From positions 7,008 through 49,475 of the forward strand of contig JARRKU010000065.1 of NCBI GenBank assembly GCA_037387725.1: 42,468 nt of DNA, read 5' to 3'. A model generated the notes under the pieces. The model did not search any database and had not been told where the DNA came from. It was given only the letters and a program-made list of their open reading frames with translations. Origin of the DNA: Desulfobacteraceae bacterium (GTDB taxonomy: Bacteria > Desulfobacterota > Desulfobacteria > Desulfobacterales > Desulfosarcinaceae). The position numbers and the translations under genes were made by a program. Below, one piece after another: positions 18,913 through 29,497 of this stretch. Numbering within the stretch: position 1 is the stretch's first letter; each line of letters starts with the position of its first letter.

Positions 18913-19512
18913 TCAGCTTTTGCGGTAGATGCGAAAGGCCCGCATTACTTTTCGGACGTAGCGTTGGGTTTCCGGGTAGGGGGGAATATCGTTGTACTTT
19001 TCCACGGCCGTGGGGCCGGCATTGTAAGCGGCCAGTGCCAGGTCGACCTGCCCGCTGAAGCGTTCCAACATGGTCTTGAAATAGAAGGCGCCGCCCATGA
19101 TGTTCTCCCACGGGTCGAAAGGATCGTTGATATTAAGCTTATCCAGATTCTCCGGCATGATCTGCATCAGGCCCAGGGCCCCTTTTTTGGAGACGGCTCT
19201 GGGATTGAAGTAGGATTCCACATGGATGACGGCTTTAAGCAGGGAGGAGGAGAGGCCGTTGCGCGCGGCCGCCTCTGATATGACGTCGTCGTAGTTTTTG
19301 ATGTTGTAAAGGGCGCTGCGGTATTTGGAAGGTTCCGGCATATACACTTTGTACTTGCTGGAGGTGGGTGTGTTGGTGAAATGCAGCACTCCCTGGCTGT
19401 CCACGTATAGATAGATATCCGCTTGTGCGGCGGAAGTGACAAAAAGCGTCACCCCGATGACAATAAGCTTAAGCGTCCATTTGATCCGTTTGTTTGCAGA
19501 ATGCTTTTCCAT
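18913..19512 (-). CDS. Lytic transglycosylase (SLT domain), secreted
   Basis: Signal peptide. SLT motifs ES...GLMQIMP and AAYNAGP. Confidence 0.85.
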   Translation of the reverse strand: MEKHSANKRIKWTLKLIVIGVTLFVTSAAQADIYLYVDSQGVLHFTNTPTSSKYKVYMPEPSKYRSALYNIKNYDDVISEAAARNGLSSSLLKAVIHVESYFNPRAVSKKGALGLMQIMPENLDKLNINDPFDPWENIMGGAFYFKTMLERFSGQVDLALAAYNAGPTAVEKYNDIPPYPETQRYVRKVMRAFRIYRKS

Positions 19513-19671
19513 TTGAACTTATTGTTTTTAAATTGTATGAAATTTCAGCTTTTTAAGTTACAGCGTCCTCATGTGCCGGCGCTATGCGATTCAATATGAT
19601 AATCGGACGATTGCGCCAAACCTTAAGTTAATGTTTTCTATATATAATCGATAGCAAGAAGCGTACCTGTT

Positions 19672-20091
19672 TCACTGCTCTTCATCGGATGCTGTGATTT
19701 CAAACTCGGTGGTGATATCCGCCACACCGCGCACCGTGGCGGCCACCGAACAATATTTTTCCTGGGACAATTCTATGGCCTGGGCTAAAGCCTTTTCCGT
19801 CAAATTCCTGCCGCTGACCACAAATTTCAAGTGGATATGGTGATAGGCCCACGGCGGATCTTCGTTTCGTTCTCCGGTGGCGATCACTTCCAGAGACGTC
19901 AGGGGTTTTCGCTTTTTTTCCATGATGGAGAGGACATCGTAAGCCGTGCAGGCCGAAAGACCGATGAGCAGCACCTGCGATGGGCTCACCCCTTTGCCCG
20001 GGTCGCCTGCGGAGAGCACGATGGAGTGGTCTCTCGCGTCTGTTCCAACAAATTCTTTGTCGCTCACCCAATGTACGGTGGTGACAGGCAT
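19672..20091 (-). CDS. OsmC/Ohr-family peroxiredoxin-like protein
   Basis: ATG 20091 with RBS AGGAG. Two conserved Cys (LSACTAYD, KYCSVA) of the OsmC fold. Confidence 0.8.
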   Translation of the reverse strand: MPVTTVHWVSDKEFVGTDARDHSIVLSAGDPGKGVSPSQVLLIGLSACTAYDVLSIMEKKRKPLTSLEVIATGERNEDPPWAYHHIHLKFVVSGRNLTEKALAQAIELSQEKYCSVAATVRGVADITTEFEITASDEEQ

Positions 20092-20301
20092 GCGCCGGCT
20101 CCTATTTTTATCGGTATCATATAAGAAAGGTTTGGGCAACCATATAGAATTATTTCATAATCTGCAAGGTTTTCCTTTAGCGGAAGCGCTTGCTTCAGGA
20201 TTCTGCCTGAACCCCCAACCTTGACAGCCGCATCAAATTGGCGCATATGCATGCCAGATCAGGCGCAAGAACCCTATGTTTAGGAGAGGTCGCTGGCGGC
20301 C

Positions 20302-21027
20302 ATGACCAGAGACAAGATATACCAGGCCCCGCAGGATCCGGTTGCCCCCTTTGAGTTTAACGACCAGGTGGCGCGGGTATTCGACGACATGCTCAACCGC
20401 TCCATTCCCTTTTACCGGGAGATCATCCGCAGACAGGCCCAATTGATCCAACGCCACTACCAGCCCGATACGGTTATCTTCGACCTGGGGTGCTCCAACG
20501 GCAACCTCAGCCTGGAGATCTGCCGCCTAATGGGGGACGCGCCTTTCCGGATCAGGGCGGTGGACAACTCCGCTCACATGCTGAAGGTGTTTGCGGAAAG
20601 GTTGGAGGCAACGCCTTGTGCCGACCGGGTCTCCCTCCGATGTGAGGACATCGGCCGGACCAGGATCGACAACGCCTCGGTGGTGGTGTTGAATTTTACC
20701 CTGCAGTTCCTGGTCCCTGAACAGCGATCCGGCCTGATCTCCAGGATCTACAAAGGAATGACCGACGGCGGCGTCTTGCTCTTCAGCGAAAAGGTCACCC
20801 ATGACCATCCAGCCATGGCCGGACTTCAGCAGGAACTTTATCATTCTTTCAAGCGCGAAAACGGGTATTCTGACCTTGAAATCAGCCAGAAACGCGAGGC
20901 CCTTGAAAAGGTGCTGATCCCCGAAACCATGGAGCGCCACCTGGAGCGGCTGCGGCAGGCGGGCTTCGGCGCCATCGATCTGTGGCAGAAGTGGTTCAAT
21001 TTTGCAGCCTGGGTCGCAATCAAATGA
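20302..21027 (+). CDS. cmoA: Carboxy-S-adenosyl-L-methionine synthase
   Basis: 241 aa with SAM-MTase-like fold motifs (DLGCSNG). Its stop overlaps the cmoB start (ATGA at 21024-21027). Confidence 0.9.
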   Translation: MTRDKIYQAPQDPVAPFEFNDQVARVFDDMLNRSIPFYREIIRRQAQLIQRHYQPDTVIFDLGCSNGNLSLEICRLMGDAPFRIRAVDNSAHMLKVFAERLEATPCADRVSLRCEDIGRTRIDNASVVVLNFTLQFLVPEQRSGLISRIYKGMTDGGVLLFSEKVTHDHPAMAGLQQELYHSFKRENGYSDLEISQKREALEKVLIPETMERHLERLRQAGFGAIDLWQKWFNFAAWVAIK

Positions 21028-22001
21028 TCGACCGCCAGCGTTTCCTTGCAGACCTGGGCCCATATGGCGAGGTGCTGTATGATGCCGCCCGGAATGCCTT
21101 GAATAGGCCTGATGGCAGGAGCGCCGCCCTGGAGCAGCTTCTGACGGAGCTGCCCGATGCCGATCCCTCCTTGTTCGCGCTCGACCGGGACAGCGTCACC
21201 ATCGGCCGAAAAGCGGATCTAAACCCGGACCAGGCCGGCCGGCTGGAAGGGGTGCTCAAAGGGCTCAAGCCATGGCGCAAAGGCCCGTTCACCCTTTTCG
21301 GCATCGACATCGACAGCGAGTGGAACTCGGCCCTCAAATGGCGACGGGTGGCGCCGAATATCGATCCGCTGCACAACCGCAAAGTGCTTGATGTGGGCTG
21401 CAGCAACGGGTATTATCTTTTTCGAATGGCGGCAGCGCAACCGCGCCTTTTGCTCGGCATCGAACCCTACAAGGCCTACTACCACCAGTTTCTGGCCCTG
21501 CAGCACTATCTCCACCTGCCCGGCACCTACTGCCTGCCGCTCCGATTGGAAGATCTGCCCGAGATGAACGCATGGTTCGACGCTGTTTTTTGCATGGGCA
21601 TTCTCTACCATCGGCGGTCCCCATTGGACACCTTGACCCGATTGAGGCAGATGCTGACCGACAACGGCCAACTCATTCTGGAGACCCTGATTCTTCCCGG
21701 CGAAGGGGAGACGGCGCTTTGCCCCCGGGACCGTTATGCCCGCATGCGAAACGTCTTTTTCATCCCTACTGTGAAATGTCTGCAAACCTGGTTGGAACGG
21801 TGCGGATTCGACCGCATCCGATGCGTGGACGTCACGCCCACCACCTTTGAAGAACAGCGCAAGACGGCATGGATCGATTCCAACTCGCTGGAGACGTATC
21901 TTGATCCCCGCGACGGCACCCGCACGGTGGAAGGCTATCCGGCCCCCGTTCGTGCCGTGGTGATTGCCTCACCTAATCAGACAAGGATTTCGCGGACGTG
22001 A
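21024..22001 (+). CDS. cmoB: tRNA U34 carboxymethyltransferase
   Basis: 325 aa from ATG 21024, with VLDVGCSNGYY and CmoB-specific N-terminal region. Confidence 0.9.
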   Translation: MIDRQRFLADLGPYGEVLYDAARNALNRPDGRSAALEQLLTELPDADPSLFALDRDSVTIGRKADLNPDQAGRLEGVLKGLKPWRKGPFTLFGIDIDSEWNSALKWRRVAPNIDPLHNRKVLDVGCSNGYYLFRMAAAQPRLLLGIEPYKAYYHQFLALQHYLHLPGTYCLPLRLEDLPEMNAWFDAVFCMGILYHRRSPLDTLTRLRQMLTDNGQLILETLILPGEGETALCPRDRYARMRNVFFIPTVKCLQTWLERCGFDRIRCVDVTPTTFEEQRKTAWIDSNSLETYLDPRDGTRTVEGYPAPVRAVVIASPNQTRISRT

Positions 22002-22906
22002 CCTTCTCATTCTGGATGTTGCTGCTGATCTTTCTAGGTGCGGGCATCTGGGGCCTTCGCCGGTTCCATAATCAGGCGCGAAGCGTTCAGCGGCTCAAAG
22101 TATCGCTGGAGAAGACCAACCGCCGCCTCCATGCTGCAGAGGAAGAGTACCAGAAAGCCTACGAAAAATGGGAGAACGATCAATCCAAATTGCGCAACTA
22201 CCTGCAGCTGATGGATACGCTATTCAACACCATCCCTAATCCCATTTATTTCAAGGACGAAGATGGCGTTTATCATGGCTGCAACCGGGTATTCTCCAAA
22301 CGGATACTAGGGTTGACCCGGGACCGCATCATCGGCCGTCGCCCTCAGGAGCTGTCCGAACAAATCCCTGCGGACCTGGCGGCGGTCTATCAACGGGAAG
22401 AGGCCAGGATGATTGAAAAAGCAGGCCCCCACGCATTCGAGGCGCCGGTCCAGCAGGCGGATGGACTTCGGCGTGACTATCTCTTCAGTCTGGCGCCGGT
22501 CACCGATGATGAGGGAAAATTCTACGGCAGTGTCGCCGTCCTCTACGACCTCACCGAAAAGAACCGCGCCACACGGGATCGGCTGGAAAAAGAAAAATTG
22601 GAGAGCGTTTTGGAAACAGCCGGGGGCGTCTGCCATGAATTGAATCAGCCCCTGCAAGCCGCTTCCGGCTATGCGGAGATCATGGCGGCCCATCTAACCG
22701 ATACCAAGGCTGCCGGATATGTTGAAAAACTCACCGACCAGCTCGACCGCATGCGCGATATCACCGACAAGCTTCAGGGCATTACCCGGGTGGAGGTGAC
22801 CGAATACGCCGGCGACACCAGGATTATCGATATTCACAAGTCATCGGAAAAGTCCAATGACGCCGAAAGAAGGACAAAGGCCAAAGATGTCGAGCAAAAA
22901 ACGTAA
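21998..22906 (+). CDS. Membrane-anchored PAS-domain protein with a HisKA-like dimerisation/phospho-acceptor region but no HATPase domain
   Basis: N-terminal TM, coiled coil, then a PAS fold (IYFKDEDGVYHGCNRVFSK). H-box CHELNQPLQAASGY. The C-terminal remainder is only about 70 aa, too short for an ATPase. GTG 21998 overlaps the cmoB stop (an alternative ATG is at 22016). Confidence 0.65.
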   Translation: MTFSFWMLLLIFLGAGIWGLRRFHNQARSVQRLKVSLEKTNRRLHAAEEEYQKAYEKWENDQSKLRNYLQLMDTLFNTIPNPIYFKDEDGVYHGCNRVFSKRILGLTRDRIIGRRPQELSEQIPADLAAVYQREEARMIEKAGPHAFEAPVQQADGLRRDYLFSLAPVTDDEGKFYGSVAVLYDLTEKNRATRDRLEKEKLESVLETAGGVCHELNQPLQAASGYAEIMAAHLTDTKAAGYVEKLTDQLDRMRDITDKLQGITRVEVTEYAGDTRIIDIHKSSEKSNDAERRTKAKDVEQKT

Positions 22907-23231
22907 AGCGCGGGAAGCATTGCAGCGCCGCATTGCACGCATCAGGGCCATGGAACATATCGACACGCGGGATAGCAGTGTAACACCGCCGTTCGGGTCT
23001 GTGATGGCGGATCAAAAAGCCCTGGCCCACAACAACACCTACGACCGCCTGCCGGTTTTTTATATGGACCGGGTCTTTGTCTGCCGGGATTGCGGCAGGG
23101 AGGAAATCTGGACCGCCGAACAGCAAAAATGGTGGTATGAGCAGGCCAAAGGCAACATCAACGCCACTGCGGTGCGGTGCAGGCCGTGCCGAACAAAAAG
23201 AAAGAAAAGCGGACAAGGGGAGCAGCCGTAA
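22887..23231 (+). CDS. Zinc-ribbon domain protein (CxxC...CxxC)
   Basis: ATG 22887. CRDCGREEIWTAEQQKWWYE...CRPCR. Its stop overlaps the next start (TAATG). Confidence 0.55.
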   Translation: MSSKKRKAREALQRRIARIRAMEHIDTRDSSVTPPFGSVMADQKALAHNNTYDRLPVFYMDRVFVCRDCGREEIWTAEQQKWWYEQAKGNINATAVRCRPCRTKRKKSGQGEQP

Positions 23232-23500
23232 TGGAAAAATCCATCCAGCCGGGTGTATCACCGATCACCCGCATGGTCCGCATCGCCGTGGTCTGGGCCG
23301 CCTGGATCGTCGCCGGCGCCGTCACCTTTGACCTTCCTCGCCTGCTGCACGAAAAATCGGATCCAATGGCCGCCTTTGCCGCGGCGCCCCAGGAAGCAAA
23401 AATTTATATTACGATATGGATTTTGGGATCGGTCATTCTCTGTGCGCTGTTCATCCTGACCCTCCGCCAAGCCGTCGGCCAAAATCAGAAAAAGCCTTAA
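23231..23500 (+). CDS. Small 2-TM membrane protein
   Basis: 89 aa, two hydrophobic helices, translationally coupled to the upstream gene. Confidence 0.45.
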   Translation: MEKSIQPGVSPITRMVRIAVVWAAWIVAGAVTFDLPRLLHEKSDPMAAFAAAPQEAKIYITIWILGSVILCALFILTLRQAVGQNQKKP

Positions 23501-23676
23501 AGACCATGGCCGGCACAGAGGCCGGCCCTACGATTTCATCGATTATTATCTCAATATAAAGCTTTTCGAAGGGCAGGGCTCCGTACCCGCCTGCCCGGGT
23601 GTCATCTGCATCCCAGCCACCGGCCGGCACAAAGGTCGACCCTGCGACCGCTTTCTCCACACTGTGTGTGATAAGA

Positions 23677-23776
23677 GTTGAAAAAGCCTAAGGGCTTCAT
23701 AGCCAAGGCGGAGAGGGTGAAGCCGTAGTTAATCTACTGCGAACCCTCAACAGCGCAGGATATGAAGTCCTTACTG
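23677..23776. repeat. Copy 1 of a ~100-bp palindromic element (partial right arm)
   Basis: GTTGAAAAAGCCTAAGGGCTTCATAGCCAAGGCGGAGAGGGTGAAGCCGTAGT... is near-identical to copy 2, which lies 159 bp downstream. Confidence 0.7.
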
Positions 23777-23833
23777 ACCGGCAAAGAGGTCCCCCATCCT
23801 GCACTCGTCCTCTCCACTCCCTGAGCATTTAAA

Positions 23834-23937
23834 GTTGAAAAAGCCTAAGGGCTTCATAGCCAAGGCGGAGAGGGTGAAGCCGTAGTAATACTACTGCGAA
23901 CCCTCGACAACACAGGATATGAAGTCCTTAGGCTTTT

Positions 23938-23942
<5 letters not shown>
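23834..23942. terminator. Copy 2 of the palindromic element. Acts as a bidirectional intrinsic terminator that includes the nadB stop codon.
   Basis: 24-bp terminal inverted repeats (GTTGAAAAAGCCTAAGG[G/A]CTTCAT) flank a 60-nt core. Both strands end in GGCTTTTTC. The nadB TGA (23938-23940) lies in the T-run. Confidence 0.65.
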
Positions 23943-25584
<1,642 letters not shown>

Positions 25585-25679
25585 GGTCCGAATCCAATAG
25601 CAATCAGTTCAGAATTCCCTATCGTTGCAGATGCTTATAAGGCCTTACAACCATTTTGCCATCTTTATTTATGCAACGT

Positions 25680-26342
25680 CTACAAGAGTGGGGACTTGCG
25701 CTTGGGCCGTTTTACGATAAAGCCGGTGATAAATCCCAGCACGATCAGCCCGCCGCCGTAAAGCAGGCCGGTGTTCAATTGGCTGCTGTAAAGCTGGCTC
25801 AGCTCCTTGTCCACCTTGTCCGCCCTGGCCCGGGCCCCGGCCGCGTCCTTGACGGTTTTTTCATATTTGGCCTTGAGTTGTAGGAATTGCTTGCTCTCTT
25901 TCTTCAGCGCCTCATGCTCTGCGGTGAGCTTCTCAAGGGCCTTCTGGGTAGACGACAGTTCGCCGCTCAGCCCCTTGCTTTCCGTATTGAGGCTGGAAGT
26001 TTTTTCTTTGAGGTCCTCGTAGCGCTGGACCAGTGCGGCATGTCTCTTTTCAAGCTGGGCCAGTCGGATATCCGCGGGCACCTGTCCGGTGAGAAAACGG
26101 GTCAGCACGAATCCCTGCTTGCCATTGGGCAATTGGACTTCGGTATATTCGTCCCCGGAGTTGATAACCTGCATCGGTGTTCCGGATTTGGGGAAGGCGA
26201 TAATCTTGCGATCCTTGGCCGGACCGGTTCTCAGCGTTATGGTCAGATCATCCGTAACGTATCGGGTCTCCGCTGCGCCGGAAGCGACTGTCAGCGCAAG
26301 GCCCATAAAAACTAACATACCGATCTTAATGGATAACTTCAT
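25680..26342 (-). CDS. SH3b-domain protein with coiled coil and C-terminal TM anchor (TIGR04211-like)
   Basis: ATG 26342 with RBS GGAGGGAG. Signal peptide, SH3-like segment, long coiled coil, and a terminal hydrophobic helix followed by KRPKRK. Confidence 0.7.
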   Translation of the reverse strand: MKLSIKIGMLVFMGLALTVASGAAETRYVTDDLTITLRTGPAKDRKIIAFPKSGTPMQVINSGDEYTEVQLPNGKQGFVLTRFLTGQVPADIRLAQLEKRHAALVQRYEDLKEKTSSLNTESKGLSGELSSTQKALEKLTAEHEALKKESKQFLQLKAKYEKTVKDAAGARARADKVDKELSQLYSSQLNTGLLYGGGLIVLGFITGFIVKRPKRKSPLL

Positions 26343-26608
26343 ACTCGGGACTCCCTCCAAGCTCGTATGGATGTATCGTTTCGGCGCCATAACGCTCCAT
26401 CCGGGACGATACAGCACAGGCATGCATCTGTTTTTCCGGCAGGCCGCCGGAAATCCCCGCCGCCCGCAATGCGGGCGTGTTTGCCCCCCAGCGTCGGAAT
26501 GTGGCGTATTCTTTGACAAAATCCGTCGTCTGTCAATAATTTCTTTTACATCAACAGGTATTATGTTAATTAAATTTAGAGTCCCGATGAAAAGGATATT
26601 GCACAAAG

Positions 26609-27043
26609 ATGATCGCCTACGATCTCAAATGCCAAAACGGCCACACCTTTGAAGGGTGGTTCAAAGACGCCAAGGCGTTTAAGAAACAACTCAAATCCTG
26701 CCTGATCGGTTGCCCGGTGTGCGACGATACGCAGGTCACCCGCGTTCCGTCGACCTTTGCCATCAAAGGATCACCCACCCAGTCCTCTGACGCACCGCCC
26801 CAGCTCAACCCAGAGGCCATGGCGCAGGCCATTGCTCATTACGTGGATAAGAATTTTGATAATGTCGGGGCGGATTTTGCCGAGGAGGCACTCAAAATCC
26901 ACTACGGCGTTAACGAGCCGCGCAATATCCGCGGGGTGAGCACCCCCCAGGAGGAGGAGACCCTTCGAAAAGAAGGGGTGGCGTTCGTCAAATTCCCCGT
27001 CCCTGCCGAAAATACGCCGTCGGATTCCGGCACCGAAAACTGA
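26609..27043 (+). CDS. DUF1178-family protein
   Basis: MIAYDLKCQNGHTFEGWFKDAKAFKKQ...CPVCDD is the characteristic DUF1178 N-terminus. Confidence 0.7.
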   Translation: MIAYDLKCQNGHTFEGWFKDAKAFKKQLKSCLIGCPVCDDTQVTRVPSTFAIKGSPTQSSDAPPQLNPEAMAQAIAHYVDKNFDNVGADFAEEALKIHYGVNEPRNIRGVSTPQEEETLRKEGVAFVKFPVPAENTPSDSGTEN

Positions 27044-27227
27044 ACCCGCCAACCTTGCAAAGCGGACCGACGCATCCGACCGCGCACGATAATGCTTTGA
27101 ATTATCATTTCATACGGTGCTGAGATCGCTCTCAGGCTTGTGGGATGCCCCTCAAATAAAAAAAGCCGGCGGGATGTATTGATTCACCCCTTCCGGCTTA
27201 TTGATTCTGTAGCTATAAAAAGGGGCG

Positions 27228-27262
27228 ATTCGATACGAACGCCCCTTTGATGCTCAGTTTTA
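27228..27262 (-). terminator. Intrinsic terminator (minus-strand sense)
   Basis: On the minus strand: AGGGGCG-loop-CGCCCCT followed by TTTTATAGC. Confidence 0.5.
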
Positions 27263-27456
27263 AAACGAGTGCGAACTATCGATCTGCGTACCGGCCTCCA
27301 AATTGACCTGTACCCTCAGGATATGGGCTGATGTCTTGGTATATCGGTTTCATTGCGCGATCCTAGCAATCTCTGACACTTTGGCGCTTAATCTATAGCG
27401 CTGATTGAAAAGAGCCTGGTCCATACCAGGAATCTAAATCGAGATCAAATACGAAT

Positions 27457-27495
27457 CAGCGGATTCCGGCAAAGCTAGTACCGGAATCCGCCGGT
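27457..27495 (-). terminator. Perfect 11-bp hairpin directly after the SPFH gene stop
   Basis: GCGGATTCCGG-N11-CCGGAATCCGC. The minus-strand downstream sequence is moderately T-rich. Confidence 0.5.
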
Positions 27496-27508
27496 TGAGG
27501 GTTACCGT

Positions 27509-28615
27509 TTACAGCAGGTTGACCATGCGGTCGGCCAGGCCCTTTTCTCCCAAAACGACGTTGAGCTTGGACTTTTGAGCGATCTTCTCCAATACATCCA
27601 GCTCACGCAGCCGCATCAGGGTCGGGTTGTTCTCCAGGATGCGGGCGGTGTTGGCCTGGGAGCGCATGGCTGCAGTCTCCTCCCGCCGGGTGATGAGGTT
27701 GGCGTCGGCGGCCTTTCGCGCTTCGATCACCTTGTTCATCAACTCCCTCATCTCACCGGGCAGAATCACGTCCCGGATGCCCAGATCGATGACGTCCAGG
27801 CCCAGCTCAGCGGCCCGCCCCTTGAGCATCTTCTCCAGAGCCCCGGCCACGGTCTCCTTGTCGCCGAGCAGATCGTCCAGTGCATAGGCGCCGATGACGG
27901 CCCGCAGGGCCAGCTGGGCTTCACGATAGAGGGCCTGGCGGGCGTCTTCGGACGCCATGATGGAAGCCTTGGCGTCGACCACCCGGTAGGTCACCACTGC
28001 ATTGATCCGCAGGGTCACCTTATCGGCGGTCATGATCTCCTGCCCGGAGATATCCACAATGGCCTCGCGCATGTCGACATGATAGAACTTGATCTTGCCG
28101 ACGTCCTTCCAGAAGAGATACTGACCCGGCATGAAGGTGTCAACGTACTTCCCGTCCTGAAAGAGGACACCCACATAGCCCTGCTCTACGAAAGATAGAT
28201 CCAGCAGCGCAACGGCCCCGGGCGCCTTCCGGATAACGTGGACGTCGGCGTGCTCGAAGCGCACCTTGCGGGCATCCACGATCTCATAGCGGATATCGCG
28301 CACAGTCTTCCACAGCGCGTACTGACCGGGTCCCAGGAGACAATTGAACCGGTTGTCGATCCAGACCAGCGCCCGCTCGTTGTCCCTGAGGTCCAGGACC
28401 ACCGCGTCCTTGGCCAGTGCTCCGGACTTGATCAACATGTCCAGATCATCGTGGATCAGCCAGGGGTCCCGCATGGAGACCACATCCACCCGGATCTTCT
28501 TCAGCGGATCGACGAACCAGTGGGTACCCGCGTCCAGAACCTTCTTGAATTCCCGATCCCGGAAGAGCAGGCCCTTTTCGTAAGAACGGATGAGAATTCG
28601 CTTGATGCGCTTCAT
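27509..28615 (-). CDS. SPFH/band-7 (slipin-type) protein with an N-terminal extension of about 170 aa
   Basis: RBS AAGGAG. Band-7 core (MTADKVTLRINAVVTYRVVD...) followed by a coiled coil. Confidence 0.85.
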   Translation of the reverse strand: MKRIKRILIRSYEKGLLFRDREFKKVLDAGTHWFVDPLKKIRVDVVSMRDPWLIHDDLDMLIKSGALAKDAVVLDLRDNERALVWIDNRFNCLLGPGQYALWKTVRDIRYEIVDARKVRFEHADVHVIRKAPGAVALLDLSFVEQGYVGVLFQDGKYVDTFMPGQYLFWKDVGKIKFYHVDMREAIVDISGQEIMTADKVTLRINAVVTYRVVDAKASIMASEDARQALYREAQLALRAVIGAYALDDLLGDKETVAGALEKMLKGRAAELGLDVIDLGIRDVILPGEMRELMNKVIEARKAADANLITRREETAAMRSQANTARILENNPTLMRLRELDVLEKIAQKSKLNVVLGEKGLADRMVNLL

Positions 28616-29075
28616 TTTACTTCTCCTTTTTTACCCATTTCATTGTCTACTGCTGATTTAATTGCTTTACGATCTTGAAAGTTGTTTCAAATCCTTCAGC
28701 CGGTATTAATGCGTCCGGAAGACCGGCGCCGTCCAAACCGTTCGCCAAACGCGGAGCGCTGCTTAGTTGCGGCGTGTGCGGCTCGGGGAAGTCAGCTCGT
28801 GGGGCCACTCCCAGTGATCCATGTCACCGGGTCGAAGACCGCACGGCATCATCCCGTTGCCCCATGCCTGCGGCAACGGTATCCGCGCGCTGCAGGGCGT
28901 TTCGCTGGAACGTGTCGCCGGATACCGGCTTTGGCTTCTCTCCCATGGCTCGCCTTGGAGCGCATGGAAGAACCGGCCGCGGCCGATCATGCCGTCGACG
29001 TGTTCGTCGGGTGCCGGTCCTCCTTCGGCATTGTTTGGAGACCTTAACAGGGTCGTTGTGGGGGATTACCCCGGG

Positions 29076-29148
29076 TGTCTGGTACAGGATTCGAACCTGT
29101 TACACCTGCAGTAAAAGTGCAGTGCTCTACCCATTGAGCTAACCAAGC
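29076..29148 (-). tRNA. tRNA-Lys (anticodon UUU)
   Basis: Minus-strand sequence GCTTGGT-TA-GCTC-AATGGGTA-GAGC-A-CTGCA-CTTTTAC-TGCAG-GTGTA-ACAGG-TTCGAAT-CCTGT-ACCAGAC-A. Cloverleaf is intact except for a C2:A71 mismatch in the acceptor stem. 3' CCA is not encoded. Confidence 0.8.
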
Positions 29149-29438
29149 CCTGATATGTGCCGCCGTCAGAACCCATGTCCGGTACACACGCTGCTGACTG
29201 AAACGCTCATCGCTGCGATGAGTGGGTTGCAGAGCGGCGCGCGCCGCTGGAGCCGACAGATACCAGCTGATGTGAAAGAACAGGATGCGGCCTTCAGACT
29301 TTCGATGACGCCTCATCCATTGGCCTTCCCATACTTCAATGGGCGTGCCAAACTGGGAGACATGGAGGAAAAACAAACTAAAGGATTGTAAATATTTATT
29401 ATAATAACATCAACAGGCACATTCGAAGAAAGGGCAAG

Positions 29439-29467
29439 TTGACATAGTCAAGCGTTCAATATATAAA
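29439..29467 (+). promoter_or_regulatory. Sigma70-like promoter upstream of the rtcR-like gene
   Basis: TTGACA (29439-29444), 17 nt spacer, TATAAA (29462-29467), in an AT-rich divergent region. Confidence 0.4.
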
Positions 29468-29497
29468 ATTATATAATTATTTATACGAATTAATAAT

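Noticed and set aside
28675-29391. Several 75-155-aa ORFs between the SPFH gene and rtcR
   Set aside because: They overlap the tRNA-Lys gene and each other in GC-rich intergenic DNA. No support.
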